A stretch of DNA of 64,000 nt. Source: Isosphaeraceae bacterium (GTDB lineage: Bacteria > Planctomycetota > Planctomycetia > Isosphaerales > Isosphaeraceae). Both the position numbers and the translations under genes were made by a program. The stretch's first letter is position 1. Each line of letters starts with the position of its first letter. The notes below the pieces were generated by a model. The model did no database searches. It was not told the origin of the DNA and saw only the letters and a list, made by a program, of their open reading frames with translations. Shown here piece after piece: positions 52,525 to 62,071 of this stretch. Where the stretch lies: positions 62,001 through 126,000 of the forward strand of contig CBDAVP010000007.1 in NCBI GenBank assembly GCA_965201075.1, written 5' to 3'.

Positions 52525-53346
52525 TCAGGCCCCGAATTCGGGCGTGGTTTCCAGGCCAGCGATGAGCGCGGCCCTCACCGCGGCATCGGGCACGGCCACC
52601 AGGGATCGAGCTGGGATCTCGTCGTGGGTCCGATCATCGAGCAGGCGTCCGGCCTTGGCCTTCCGCACGCCGCCCCACTGCTTGAAGAAGAAAGGGACGC
52701 CCGCTGCCGAACACTGGTCGCGGAGCGAGCGCACCCACGCCGCGTCCAGGGGCCGCGCGCCGGCGCCACTCTCGCCACCGACGATCACCCAGCCGATCCC
52801 CTTCCAATCGACCGCGCCGAGATCCTCGAGCAATGGCTCGACCGACAGGAACCGCAGCCCGGCCGGGGCGTCCCGAAGCTCATCCACCCTCGGCAAGCCG
52901 TGGCGGCGGTCCTCGACGCTAACCCCCCACCAGATATGAGGGGACCGGCTGGCGAAGCCCAGGCTCGTGCGGAGCATCTCGGCCATTCGCCCCGACCGCT
53001 TGGTCAAGACCTGAAAGGTATGCCACGGGGCGAGCATCATCACTCGCGCGACGTCGAGGATGTACGCCTCGGGGACGTCCTTGTGGAACAGGTCGCTCAT
53101 CGAGTTGACGAACACCATGCTCGGCCGGGCCCAGCGTAGCGGCTCGGCCAGTTTGCCGGGGACGGTTCGCAGGTCGAACCCGCGTTCATAGGGGTGGTTC
53201 GGCACCCCTCGAAAGCGCTCGGCGAACGTCTCGGCATAGCAATGGGCACAGCCAGGACTGATCTTGGTGCAGCCTCGGACAGGATTCCACGTCATCCCCC
53301 CCGCCCCGTCGTCGCCGCGGGTCCACTCGATGCTCGTCCGTCCCAT
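52525..53346 (-). CDS. DUF5131 (phage Gp37/Gp68-like) family protein
   Basis: TSIEWT..TWNPVRGCTKISPGCAHCYA, FVNSMSDLFH, HTFQVLTKR, RFLSVEPLL, VIVGGESG, FFFKQWG. Confidence 0.9.
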   Translation of the reverse strand: MGRTSIEWTRGDDGAGGMTWNPVRGCTKISPGCAHCYAETFAERFRGVPNHPYERGFDLRTVPGKLAEPLRWARPSMVFVNSMSDLFHKDVPEAYILDVARVMMLAPWHTFQVLTKRSGRMAEMLRTSLGFASRSPHIWWGVSVEDRRHGLPRVDELRDAPAGLRFLSVEPLLEDLGAVDWKGIGWVIVGGESGAGARPLDAAWVRSLRDQCSAAGVPFFFKQWGGVRKAKAGRLLDDRTHDEIPARSLVAVPDAAVRAALIAGLETTPEFGA

Positions 53347-53424
53347 GACCACCTCCCCCCTGGAAGGGTATCCTAGGAGAACGCCGAAACGGGACCAAGC
53401 GCTCGCCCCCGGAGAAACCAACCC

Positions 53425-54099
53425 TTGGCCACGATCACCCCACCCACTGCCCCCGCCGCCGATTGGACCCTCGCCGAACTCCTCGACCGATTCGGACCAA
53501 TCCCCTTCCGCAGAATCCGCCAGGACCCGCCTCCCGGCTCCGCAAACGAGGACGACGTCGTCGCCATCCACGACCGCGAAGGCCGTCTCTACGAACTCGT
53601 CGACGGGATCCTGCTAGAGAAGACGATGGGTTACATGGAATCGCACCTGGCGGTCCTTATCGTCTACCACCTGATGCGGTTCGTCCAGCCACGCAAACTT
53701 GGCATCGTCGCCGGCGCCGACGGGATGATCCGACTGTTCCCGGGCATGATCCGCATCCCCGACGTCAGCTTTGTCGCCTGGGACCGGATCACCCCCGGCC
53801 TGATCGACTCCAAGGTCGCCGCCCCGCAACTGGCCCCGCATCTGGCCGTCGAGGTCCTCGGCCCTTCCAACTCGAAGCGGGAAATGGAGGAAAAGCTCGC
53901 CGACTACTTCGCCGCGGGCGTCCTGCTGGTCTGGTACGTTGACCCCAGGACTCGCAAGGTCACCATTCACACCGGGCCCGGCGTCTCGACCGTTCTGGGC
54001 GAGGACGACACCCTCGACGGCGGCGCGGTCCTGCCTGGGTTCGCCCTGCCGTTGAAGGAGCTCTTCACTCCCCCCACGCCCCCGGCCACCGTCTCCTGA
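53425..54099 (+). CDS. Uma2 (DUF820) family endonuclease
   Basis: LYELVDGILLEKTMG, IRIPDVSFV, PHLAVEVL.PSN, KLADYFAAGV.LVWYVDP, VLPGFALPL. Confidence 0.92.
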   Translation: MATITPPTAPAADWTLAELLDRFGPIPFRRIRQDPPPGSANEDDVVAIHDREGRLYELVDGILLEKTMGYMESHLAVLIVYHLMRFVQPRKLGIVAGADGMIRLFPGMIRIPDVSFVAWDRITPGLIDSKVAAPQLAPHLAVEVLGPSNSKREMEEKLADYFAAGVLLVWYVDPRTRKVTIHTGPGVSTVLGEDDTLDGGAVLPGFALPLKELFTPPTPPATVS

Positions 54100-54106
54100 T
54101 CCCGCT

Positions 54107-55240
54107 TCAGCGTCGAGTCGTTTCCAAAGCGGCCTTGTAGGCCATGTGCGACTGACCCAGGTCCTGCACCGACGGCAACATTCGCTTGGGAGCGTAACGC
54201 GGCAGATCCACCCAGCGAGGCCCCTTCGCCAGTCCCGGCCTCGACAGGAGTTCCGCCAACCCCGCGCTCAGCACCGGAGCTCCCTCTCGGTCGAGGTGGC
54301 AGGGGTCGTTGAAGACCGACGCGGGATAGCCCGACCGCCGGCCGTCGATGACCACCACGTTGGGGAACCGTGACTGCATTCGACGAATGAACTGGTCGAC
54401 CCGGTGGTGATCCCCATTTCGTTCGCAAGTCTCCGCCGTGCCGGGGCTCTCGGGTGGCAGGAGCCAGTAAACGGGCAGACCTTGCCGAGTGGCCAGGGCG
54501 AAGAACCGTCGCAAATACTTCGCATGAACCGGGTCGCAGGCCCAGTTCCCCGACGGGACCGGGGCGTCCGCCGCGGGTTTCGGGTCTTGAAACGTCGGGT
54601 TTTTCCAAAGGGCCAGGGCCCCTCCGTTGAAGGCTCGGTTGGCTCGGTGGGCTTCAATCTGGTCGCGTTTCGACGTCGAACGCCCGTCCAGAGCGGCCAG
54701 CACGCTCGCCCGAATGTCGTGGCGGTCCCGGAAGGACGCCAGGTAGTGACCCAGGCAGATCGCCGAGAACAATCGGCCGTCTCGCGCGGTCCAGGCAAGG
54801 TCCAGGGCTTCGGGAACGCCCAGCAACTCGGGCCATTGCCGTTCGTTAAGATTGATGTCAACCGTCAGCGCGAGGGGACGGTAGTTGACAACCACCGCCG
54901 AGGGCCGAGCGCCCCCTTCCAGGGCTCGTTTCAGCAGGAAGTAGGTGGCCGGAGCCTGCCCCGACAGCACGCCGAGGTTGCGGACCGGTGGGCCCCCGCA
55001 CCCCCGGATCACCCGGGGAAGCAGGCCCATTTTCGTGAGACTATCACCCAGGCAGAGGACCTCGGATGGCCGCGTCCGCGACGCCGAATCCGACGCCGCT
55101 CGCCAATCCCACTGGACCGGGTCGACCAGGTCGATCTCCATCCGTGAGATGGCCCGCTCGGTGGCGACCACCAAGACGATCATCCCCAGCAGTCCCCAGG
55201 GGATTGCCCCTCGCCGGGTCTCGCCGTCCTGCGGACGCAT
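54107..55240 (-). CDS. Membrane-anchored SGNH/GDSL-like protein, paralog of 28051-29202
   Basis: PWGLLGMI TM, CLGDSL, VRNLGV..GQ..YFLLKRAL.GGARPSAVVV, DPCHL (DxxH). Confidence 0.6.
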   Translation of the reverse strand: MRPQDGETRRGAIPWGLLGMIVLVVATERAISRMEIDLVDPVQWDWRAASDSASRTRPSEVLCLGDSLTKMGLLPRVIRGCGGPPVRNLGVLSGQAPATYFLLKRALEGGARPSAVVVNYRPLALTVDINLNERQWPELLGVPEALDLAWTARDGRLFSAICLGHYLASFRDRHDIRASVLAALDGRSTSKRDQIEAHRANRAFNGGALALWKNPTFQDPKPAADAPVPSGNWACDPVHAKYLRRFFALATRQGLPVYWLLPPESPGTAETCERNGDHHRVDQFIRRMQSRFPNVVVIDGRRSGYPASVFNDPCHLDREGAPVLSAGLAELLSRPGLAKGPRWVDLPRYAPKRMLPSVQDLGQSHMAYKAALETTRR

Positions 55241-55357
55241 GCGCTCGCTCCTTCCGACCGACCGCGGCAGACTTCCTCGCGCCCGGTGTCTTAGTGCAAC
55301 CCGCCCCGATGGTCAATCGGGGTTTTCGATGATCGTCGCCCTCGGGACTTCCAACCG

Positions 55358-55385
55358 TTGACAAACGCCGGGCGTGACCTAGGGT
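55358..55385 (+). promoter_or_regulatory. Putative sigma70 promoter for the diguanylate cyclase
   Basis: TTGACA-16 bp-TAGGGT. Confidence 0.4.
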
Positions 55386-55473
55386 CCGAGTGGGCGGTCC
55401 GATCGAGGCCACGCCGCACCCCTCGCGGGCCGAGGGGCCGGCCGGCCGCAACTCCCCCGGGGCAGCCTGGACC

Positions 55474-56475
55474 ATGGACGAGAACGGCATCACCAATGTC
55501 TTCGACCGGGTCGATCTGGTTGAGGTCGAACCCTCAAGGGACGCCCCCGCGCCTCCGATCTACCTGATCGTCGTGGACGGCGGGATTCCCGGCGCGATGC
55601 TCCGCCTCGGCTCCGGGGGCACTCGTCTGGGACGCGCTCCCGACAACGTCCTGCAACTGCCCGAATCCAGTGTCTCCCGTTACCACGCCTACCTCAAGGC
55701 CGACGAGGATGGCATGGTCCGCCTCACCGACCTGGGAAGCACCAATGGCACGTTCCTCAACGGAGAGCGCGTCGCCGAGCATATCCCCGTGGTCTTGAGA
55801 GACGGCGACCGCCTCCGCTTTGGCTCGTCCATGGTCCTGAAGTTCGCTCGACCCGACCCCTGCGAGGAGCGGTTTCAAAGGGAAATGTTCGACCGAGCCG
55901 TCCGCGACCCGCTGACCGGCCTCTACAACCGCGCCTTCTTCCTCGATCAGGTCGGCCCGCTGGGCGACCGCGGTCAACGCAAGGGATTGGGGCTGGCGAT
56001 CTTGCTGCTGGATGTGGATCACTTCAAGAGGGTCAACGACACCTACGGGCACGCGGCCGGCGATGTCGCCCTTCGCGAGGTGGCCGCGGTGCTCCGCCAG
56101 GCCACTCGCGCCGAAGACCTGGTAGCCCGCTACGGCGGCGAGGAGTTCGTCCTGGCCCTGCCGGTGGCCGCTCCGGACCTTGCCGCCGAGCGTGCCGAAC
56201 GCGTCCGCCGGGCCCTGGCCGCTCGCCGCATCTTCGCCGAGGGCCACCCCTTGCGGATCACGGCGAGCATCGGCCTGGCGTATTCCCCGGCTCAACGTCC
56301 CATCCCGCCGGCGACCTTGATCGACACGGCCGACCGCCACCTTTACCGGGCCAAGGACGCCGGTCGCAACCGCGTGATCGGCCCCGCCGACCCCCCACCG
56401 ACGACCGGCCACCCCATTGCTTGCCCCCAGCCTCCCGTACCCGTCGGTCGCCAGGGCCATACTGTCGAGCTATGA
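55474..56475 (+). CDS. FHA-domain diguanylate cyclase
   Basis: FHA motifs LGRA, VSRYHA, DLGSTNGTFLNG; GGDEF motifs DPLTGLYNR, DVDHFKRVNDTYGH, RAED I-site, RYGGEEF. Confidence 0.95.
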   Translation: MDENGITNVFDRVDLVEVEPSRDAPAPPIYLIVVDGGIPGAMLRLGSGGTRLGRAPDNVLQLPESSVSRYHAYLKADEDGMVRLTDLGSTNGTFLNGERVAEHIPVVLRDGDRLRFGSSMVLKFARPDPCEERFQREMFDRAVRDPLTGLYNRAFFLDQVGPLGDRGQRKGLGLAILLLDVDHFKRVNDTYGHAAGDVALREVAAVLRQATRAEDLVARYGGEEFVLALPVAAPDLAAERAERVRRALAARRIFAEGHPLRITASIGLAYSPAQRPIPPATLIDTADRHLYRAKDAGRNRVIGPADPPPTTGHPIACPQPPVPVGRQGHTVEL

Positions 56476-56524
56476 TCGGGTCCGGACTCAACCACCCGAT
56501 CCCAGGCCCCAGGACCCGACCCCC

Positions 56525-57373
56525 GTGACCGCGACACCCGCCGCCCCGCCCCTGGGCGTTTGCAGTTGGAGCCTTTGCGTCGGCAGCGTGGCGGAACTGG
56601 CCCGACTGCTGGCCGAACTGGGCGTCTCGGGCGGGCAAATCGCTTGCGGAGACCCCAACCACGCCAACTGGGAAGAAGGGAATGCCTTCCCCGAGACGGC
56701 GCGTCGGTCCGGCCTCCAGTTTTCGGGGGCGATGCTCGGCTTCCCGGGCGAGGATTACACCACCCCCTCCACCATCCGCGCCACCGGCGGCTTTGGCGAC
56801 CCGTCGACCCGCCCCGCCCGACTCGACACGCTCCGTTGGGGCCTGGAACGGACCGTCGCCCTCGGCCTGGCCGACCTGACACTCCACGCCGGGTTTCTCC
56901 CCGACCCTTCCGACCCCGACCGCCACGCCTTCCTCGACACCCTGGCCACGGCGGGCCGGATGGCCGACGACGCGGGTGTCACCCTCGCCTTCGAGACCGG
57001 CCAGGAGTCGGCCGACTTGCTGAGACGAACCCTGGACGACCTCGCGGCCCCCAACCTCAAGGTCAACTTCGACCCCGCGAACATGCTCCTCTACGACATG
57101 GGCGACCCGATCCGCGCCGTCGAGGTTCTGGGCGCCGACATTCGCAGCGTCCACGTCAAGGATGCCCGACGGCCCACCACTCCCGGTCACTGGGGCCAGG
57201 AAGTCCCCTTGGGTCAGGGCGAGGTCCAGATCCCCGACTTCCTCGCCGCCCTCCGCCGCGTTGGTTTCCAGGGCCCCCTGGTCGTCGAGCGAGGAGGCCA
57301 CGACCCCGACACCTGCCGACGTGACGTTGCCGCTGGCCTAGCTTACCTACGTTCCCTCACCACTCCATCCTGA
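56525..57373 (+). CDS. Sugar phosphate isomerase/epimerase (xylose-isomerase-like TIM barrel)
   Basis: LGVCSWS, FETGQE, VNFDPAN, VHVKD, EVPLGQGEV, LVVER. Confidence 0.88.
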   Translation: MTATPAAPPLGVCSWSLCVGSVAELARLLAELGVSGGQIACGDPNHANWEEGNAFPETARRSGLQFSGAMLGFPGEDYTTPSTIRATGGFGDPSTRPARLDTLRWGLERTVALGLADLTLHAGFLPDPSDPDRHAFLDTLATAGRMADDAGVTLAFETGQESADLLRRTLDDLAAPNLKVNFDPANMLLYDMGDPIRAVEVLGADIRSVHVKDARRPTTPGHWGQEVPLGQGEVQIPDFLAALRRVGFQGPLVVERGGHDPDTCRRDVAAGLAYLRSLTTPS

Positions 57374-57382
57374 CGAAAACCG

Positions 57383-57739
57383 TCAGCCCCCGCGAGGCCC
57401 AGACAGAATCACGACCGTCCCGACCACACAGATCATCCCACCGAGCACGTCGAAACGGTCGGGCCGCACCCCATCGACGGCCCATCCCCAGCCAAGTGAC
57501 AACACGACAAACACCCCCCCGTATGCCGCGTAGACCCGGCCAAAGGGGGCGGCCGGCTGGAATGTCGGCAACACACCATAGGTAAAGAGGACCAGTCCGC
57601 CGAGGGCTCCGAGGACGACGCCTCTCCCTTCCCGGAGCCAGAGCCAGACGAGATACCCTCCGCCGATCTCGCAGAGCCCCGCCGCGACAAACAGAAGGAG
57701 GGCGCGGATCAGTTCCTCAGGCGACAAGCTCAAGAACAC
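57383..57739 (-). CDS. ynfA: YnfA (UPF0060) family small membrane protein
   Basis: [36 protein letters not shown]. Confidence 0.92.
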   Translation of the reverse strand: MFLSLSPEELIRALLLFVAAGLCEIGGGYLVWLWLREGRGVVLGALGGLVLFTYGVLPTFQPAAPFGRVYAAYGGVFVVLSLGWGWAVDGVRPDRFDVLGGMICVVGTVVILSGPRGG

Positions 57740-57803
57740 GCTCCGGGGCGAGTCTCGGGCGGGTCGATCCGAGGCCACGTCGCGCACGCTCCCGACGCCA
57801 GGA

Positions 57804-58187
57804 TCATTTGGCCTCGGGGGCGCCCAGGATCGTCTCGACCGACTTGACCAACTTGTCCAGCGCGAACGGTTTGCGGATGTAGTCCTTGACCCCGAGGAAC
57901 TCGGCGTAGGCGCGGTGCCGGCTCCCCTCGTTGCCGGTGATCATGATGGTGGGGATCAATCCGCCGGGCCGGCTTTTCAACTTCTCGAGGACCAGAAACC
58001 CACTTTTCTTGGGCATCATCATGTCCAGGACAATGAGGTCGGGCGTCTCGCGTTCGGCGGTGGAGAGCCCGGCGTTGCCGTCGCGGGCCACCAGGATGCG
58101 GAACCCTTTGGCCTCCAGGACCGTGCGCATCGACTCGATGATCTCGTGGTCGTCATCGACGAGCAAAATGGTCTTCTGAGCCGCCAT
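57804..58187 (-). CDS. Single-domain response regulator
   Basis: [30 protein letters not shown]. Confidence 0.93.
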   Translation of the reverse strand: MAAQKTILLVDDDHEIIESMRTVLEAKGFRILVARDGNAGLSTAERETPDLIVLDMMMPKKSGFLVLEKLKSRPGGLIPTIMITGNEGSRHRAYAEFLGVKDYIRKPFALDKLVKSVETILGAPEAK

Positions 58188-58408
58188 GACGTTTCGATCT
58201 CCGGCCATCCCGTCCTCAACGACCCTCGGTCGGGCCGGCCTCATCATACAGGCGCCACTTCGGCACGGACAAGGGAGCCAGGCGGACGGCGGCCCCTTTC
58301 GGTCGTCCTGGCATGTCGCCATAATCGAGGTTCCCCCGCCGGCCCGTCCCGGCTCGCCACGTCCCTCGGCCTCGTCGTGGCGACACCTTCCGCCGGAGGA
58401 TTCTCGCC

Positions 58409-58999
58409 ATGTCTCCTCGACTTCGACCCCACGCGATCGGCCTGACCCTGACGCTGACATTCGCGATCGGGCCGCCCCCCTGCCCGGCTCAGGTCCCGCC
58501 CGCGATGCCTCCCGGGATCGGCGCCAATCCGGCCGGTCCCGGACAGCCCGCCGCGCCGGGTGCGGATACCCCCGACGCCGAGACTCAAGCCAATAGCTTC
58601 CCGCCAATGTATCGCGGCCAGGTCCGCGCCGTGCTGGAGTTCATTGACGCCGTCAAGGAACGCGATGCCGACGCCCTCGCCGAGGCCACGGCCCTGCGGG
58701 CGGCCAAGGACCCGGACGTCCCCACCGACCATCAGAAGATTTTCCAGGCGATTCTCGACAAGGAACTCGCCGACGAGAAAATGGAACACCTCGCCGACCA
58801 GTTCGAGGGGTACCGGGTCACCAACGTCATCGTCGGCAAGAGCACCGGGCGGGCCAACGTCATCATCGGCAAGATGACCAGCAACGACCGGATCGAGAAG
58901 ACCGTCGTCGTCCGCAAGGAAAAGGCCGGTTGGAAGGTCATGGACTTCACGAGCGACCGTAGCTATGTGGGTCGGAAGTCGCGAAAGAGCAAGCGTTGA
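58409..58999 (+). CDS. Exported hypothetical protein (possibly NTF2-like)
   Basis: RBS GGAGG, signal peptide, Pro-rich linker, VLEFIDAVKERD, VVRKEKAGWKV. Confidence 0.6.
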   Translation: MSPRLRPHAIGLTLTLTFAIGPPPCPAQVPPAMPPGIGANPAGPGQPAAPGADTPDAETQANSFPPMYRGQVRAVLEFIDAVKERDADALAEATALRAAKDPDVPTDHQKIFQAILDKELADEKMEHLADQFEGYRVTNVIVGKSTGRANVIIGKMTSNDRIEKTVVVRKEKAGWKVMDFTSDRSYVGRKSRKSKR

Positions 59000-59288
59000 C
59001 GGAAGATCCTCGGACCTGGACCGGCCCGTTTGCCTCAGGGTGTAAGAATGACGTGGGAGGTCCTGTAAGAATTCCTCCGCGTTCCGGGAAATTTCTGGAG
59101 TCTTGACGCGTTTTTCTCAAGTTCTCGTCTTGAGTGGTCGCGGGCTTCACCGAATTTGGAGATTTCGCGGGCTTGGCCCCGGACCTGCTTTGGACTTCCG
59201 CCATCAGACGAGTCGCCGACGACGTTGAGGTCGAGGCTGACCCGGACGACGCCCACGTCCCCACACAGTGCCCAAGGAAGGAGCCTGT

Positions 59289-59612
59289 ATGGTGTTGCCG
59301 CAAATCCGTCCGTGCCTCCTGTTGGAAATCTCCGTGGTGGTCTTTCAGGTCATCGGAGTGGTGGCTCTATGCATTTCCCGGCTGATGCCCGCGACCCGCT
59401 GGGCTGAGCGGGGCCGCGTGGGCTTCGTCATCGCCCTGATCGGCCTGGGTGTGGGCGGAGCCCTTTGCGGGCGCCACGACTCGGAGTTCGCCCTCTTTGC
59501 CGGCGTGACCCTGACGGCCCTCCTGATCGGCATGACCATTGGAGAAAGCGTCACCGATCCGACCCATGCGGTCCTCCGCCGCAGGGTCGCGGAGTCGCCC
59601 CTCGTCGCCTAA
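59289..59612 (+). CDS. Small membrane protein (about 3 TM)
   Basis: RBS AAGGAG, hydrophobic segments, followed by a terminator. Confidence 0.65.
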   Translation: MVLPQIRPCLLLEISVVVFQVIGVVALCISRLMPATRWAERGRVGFVIALIGLGVGGALCGRHDSEFALFAGVTLTALLIGMTIGESVTDPTHAVLRRRVAESPLVA

Positions 59613-59654
59613 AAGTTTCGCGACCGAAGTTGTCTGTCACAAATGAGATCCACC

Positions 59655-59684
59655 CACGGGGCCTTTGGGCCCCGTGTTTTTTTT
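59655..59684 (+). terminator. Intrinsic terminator
   Basis: CACGGGGCC-tttg-GGCCCCGTG followed by T8. Confidence 0.9.
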
Positions 59685-59694
59685 CCCCCGCCAT

Positions 59695-59723
59695 TTGACC
59701 GCCCCCGAACCGTGCGCCATAGT
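59695..59723 (+). promoter_or_regulatory. Putative sigma70 promoter for the BON gene
   Basis: TTGACC-17 bp-CATAGT directly after the terminator. Confidence 0.5.
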
Positions 59724-59935
59724 TCGCCCGTCGGCCCGGCGACGGACCCAACGGCCACGAATCCGCCCCCTCGCAACTCCTCCCCGCCGGTCCTCGTCCC
59801 CGATGCCCAAGGGCATTGAGGTCAGGCCGCGTTTGAATTCCCCAAAGACACGCGATCACAGTACGGTCCGGCCCTCCGACGGCATTTGCCCGCCGGTCGT
59901 TCGTCGGGTCGGGTCGCCCCAGGCGGGAAGAGGAG

Positions 59936-60745
59936 ATGCCCATGTTGGTCGGACAGAAACGGATTTCGACGGCCCTGGCTCTGGGCCTCCTGGCCGCCGG
60001 TTTCTCGGCCTCGGCGCAAGCCCAGGCCCCGGCGATCAATCGCAATCAGGCCACCGCCGAGGCCGTCGCGGCCTCCCTGCGGACGAGCCCCTCGCTGTCC
60101 GCCTATCGAATTGACGTTTCAACCCGAGGGGGCCAGGTGACCCTCTCCGGAGCGGTCGCCTCCCCCGCGCAGAAGTCGGAGGCGATCGAACGGGCTCGCC
60201 GCAGTCCGGGAGTCGTCCAGGTGGTCGATCAAATTCGCGTCTCCAACGACCCCCGCGTCACGCCCGCCCAGTACCAGATGGCTCGCAACGGCCACGCCCC
60301 CCAGTACGGCACGCCCGTTAACGGAGGGATGGTCAACGGTGGCATGGCGGACGGGTCGATGGTCAGCAGCCCGACGAATGTCGGGCCGATCATGAACGAC
60401 TCGGGTGCCTTCGTCGGCGGCGACGCCTCAATGATGGACGGACCGGCCCCCGAAGGCGCGGCCGGCTCGGTCACCGGCCCTGGCGGGGCCGCCCAGCCCG
60501 GCATGCCGAACTACGCCTGGCCCAGCTATGCCCCGTACCCGAATGCGTCGGCCGTGGGTTATCCGACCGCCTACCCCTGGCAGGCCTGGCCGAACATCGG
60601 CCCCTTCTACCCCTACCCCGAAGTGCCCCTCGACTGGCGGGCCGTGACCCTGCGTTGGGACGACGGCATCTGGTGGCTCGACTTCAAGAAGCACTACACC
60701 CGCCCGTTCTTCACCCCCTACCCGTTCGGCATCTTCGCCTACTAA
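59936..60745 (+). CDS. BON-domain exported protein with a Pro/Tyr/Trp-rich C-terminal module
   Basis: Signal peptide; IDVSTRGGQVTLSGAV..PGVVQVVDQIRV (BON); YAWPSYAPYPN..IGPFYPYPEVPLDWRAVTLRWDDGIWWLDF. Confidence 0.85.
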   Translation: MPMLVGQKRISTALALGLLAAGFSASAQAQAPAINRNQATAEAVAASLRTSPSLSAYRIDVSTRGGQVTLSGAVASPAQKSEAIERARRSPGVVQVVDQIRVSNDPRVTPAQYQMARNGHAPQYGTPVNGGMVNGGMADGSMVSSPTNVGPIMNDSGAFVGGDASMMDGPAPEGAAGSVTGPGGAAQPGMPNYAWPSYAPYPNASAVGYPTAYPWQAWPNIGPFYPYPEVPLDWRAVTLRWDDGIWWLDFKKHYTRPFFTPYPFGIFAY

Positions 60746-60772
60746 GTCGGACCTGCCTGAATCTCAAACTCC

Positions 60773-60803
60773 CGGGCCGGGTGGACCAGTTCCACCCGGC
60801 CCG
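60773..60803 (+). terminator. GC-rich hairpin after the BON gene
   Basis: CGGGCCGGGTGGA-ccagt-TCCACCCGGCCCG, a perfect 13-bp stem; weak U-tract. Confidence 0.55.
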
Positions 60804-61084
60804 TTCGCATTCCCCCCTGCCCCCTCCCGAGGGCTCCGACGAAGGGCCGAGGGATCGCCCCATCGGGGGATGCAAGGGGAACTTCCCGTCTGAGCCGCGA
60901 TTTTTCTCACAACCCGACCACGCGCCGTCGATAACTACACCACCGGATCGGCCGTCAGGGGTGGAGTGCCCCAGGCGCGGGCCGATCGAGGACGCCGAAC
61001 AGGTCCAGAAGCGGTCCCGGCGCCGATGCCGGAGGGCGGGAGGCTCTCCGGTCCGATTGCGCAATTCCTAGGAGGGGAATTCTC

Positions 61085-61690
61085 ATGACCCGATCCGCGC
61101 GGCACCGGGGCGCGACCACCCCACGCTGGCTCCGCGGCGTGCTGACCGGCGCCCTGATGGCTCTGTCCACCACCGGCCTGGGCGGCTGCGGTCTGTCGTA
61201 CGTCTTTCGCACGATCTCGCCGCTGAGACCGACCGGTTGGTCGTTCGCCTGGCCCATCTTCGCCTCGCAGTCCAAGGCCCTCGAACACGATATGGCGGCC
61301 GAGGAACGCGACCGCGTCCCCATTCTCGACCCGATCCCTGGCGAATTCGCCCCGCCGAGCTGCCTTGACCCGCCCAGCGAGGCCGAAGTTTGGGATAAGG
61401 TCCCCAAGTTTGAGCGCGGAGCCCCGGTCTTCTACGAAACCCAGCGCAACAACGCTCGCTTCCTAATCGAGAAGATCGGCGACAAGGTCGACCCGGTCAA
61501 GATTTACCCCCTAGCCGGCCCCTGCCAGCTTCACCATTGCCACTATAAGTGCACCATCTACTTCGACGAACTCTACTGGGCCGACTACCCGATCCCCTTC
61601 CACCACCGGACCCCTCGCGTCGAGGTCGTCTACATCGACAAGGACTACCTCACCCGAGCCGGGGGACCTCCGGTCGCTTCCAGCCCCTGA
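61085..61690 (+). CDS. Planctomycete-type lipoprotein of unknown function
   Basis: RBS GGAGG, lipobox LGGC, DPPSEAEV, GPCQLHHCHYKCTIYF, VEVVYIDKD. Confidence 0.75.
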   Translation: MTRSARHRGATTPRWLRGVLTGALMALSTTGLGGCGLSYVFRTISPLRPTGWSFAWPIFASQSKALEHDMAAEERDRVPILDPIPGEFAPPSCLDPPSEAEVWDKVPKFERGAPVFYETQRNNARFLIEKIGDKVDPVKIYPLAGPCQLHHCHYKCTIYFDELYWADYPIPFHHRTPRVEVVYIDKDYLTRAGGPPVASSP

Positions 61691-61721
61691 CGCCGGGCCG
61701 CTTCGTTGGACCCCAACTTTC

Positions 61722-61781
61722 ACCGCCCCCGGGCGGGTGATGTCGAGGCAAGTCCTCGGTCGTCACCCACCCGGGGGCGGT
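61722..61781. repeat. Long imperfect palindrome (REP-like or terminator)
   Basis: ACCGCCCCCGGG..GGGTGA..CGAGG/CCTCG..TCACCC..CCCGGGGGCGGT. Confidence 0.55.
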
Positions 61782-62071
61782 CTCGTTGGTGATTCTCGGC
61801 GTCGCCCAGCTCCCTGGCGGAATTGGGGCTTCGGGAGACCTGGGCGGGAATCGTCTTCAAAATTTCGCCCCCCTTGATTTCGTGTGTTAGACTCTGGGCG
61901 AGACGGGTTGAAGAGGTAAGGCTTGATTGCCCCCTCGATTGTTGCGGTCCAGATCCGCCCCCGTCGTGGCGACCCCCGATTGGGTTGCAAGGGTAGCTCC
62001 GGCGCTCTCCCCCCGGCCCCGCCCGGATTGCGACCCACGATCACCGATAGCGAAGACAGGGAGGCTATTCG

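Noticed and set aside
52525..53346. Prophage suggested by the Gp37/Gp68-like gene
   Set aside because: No structural, replication or integration phage genes nearby
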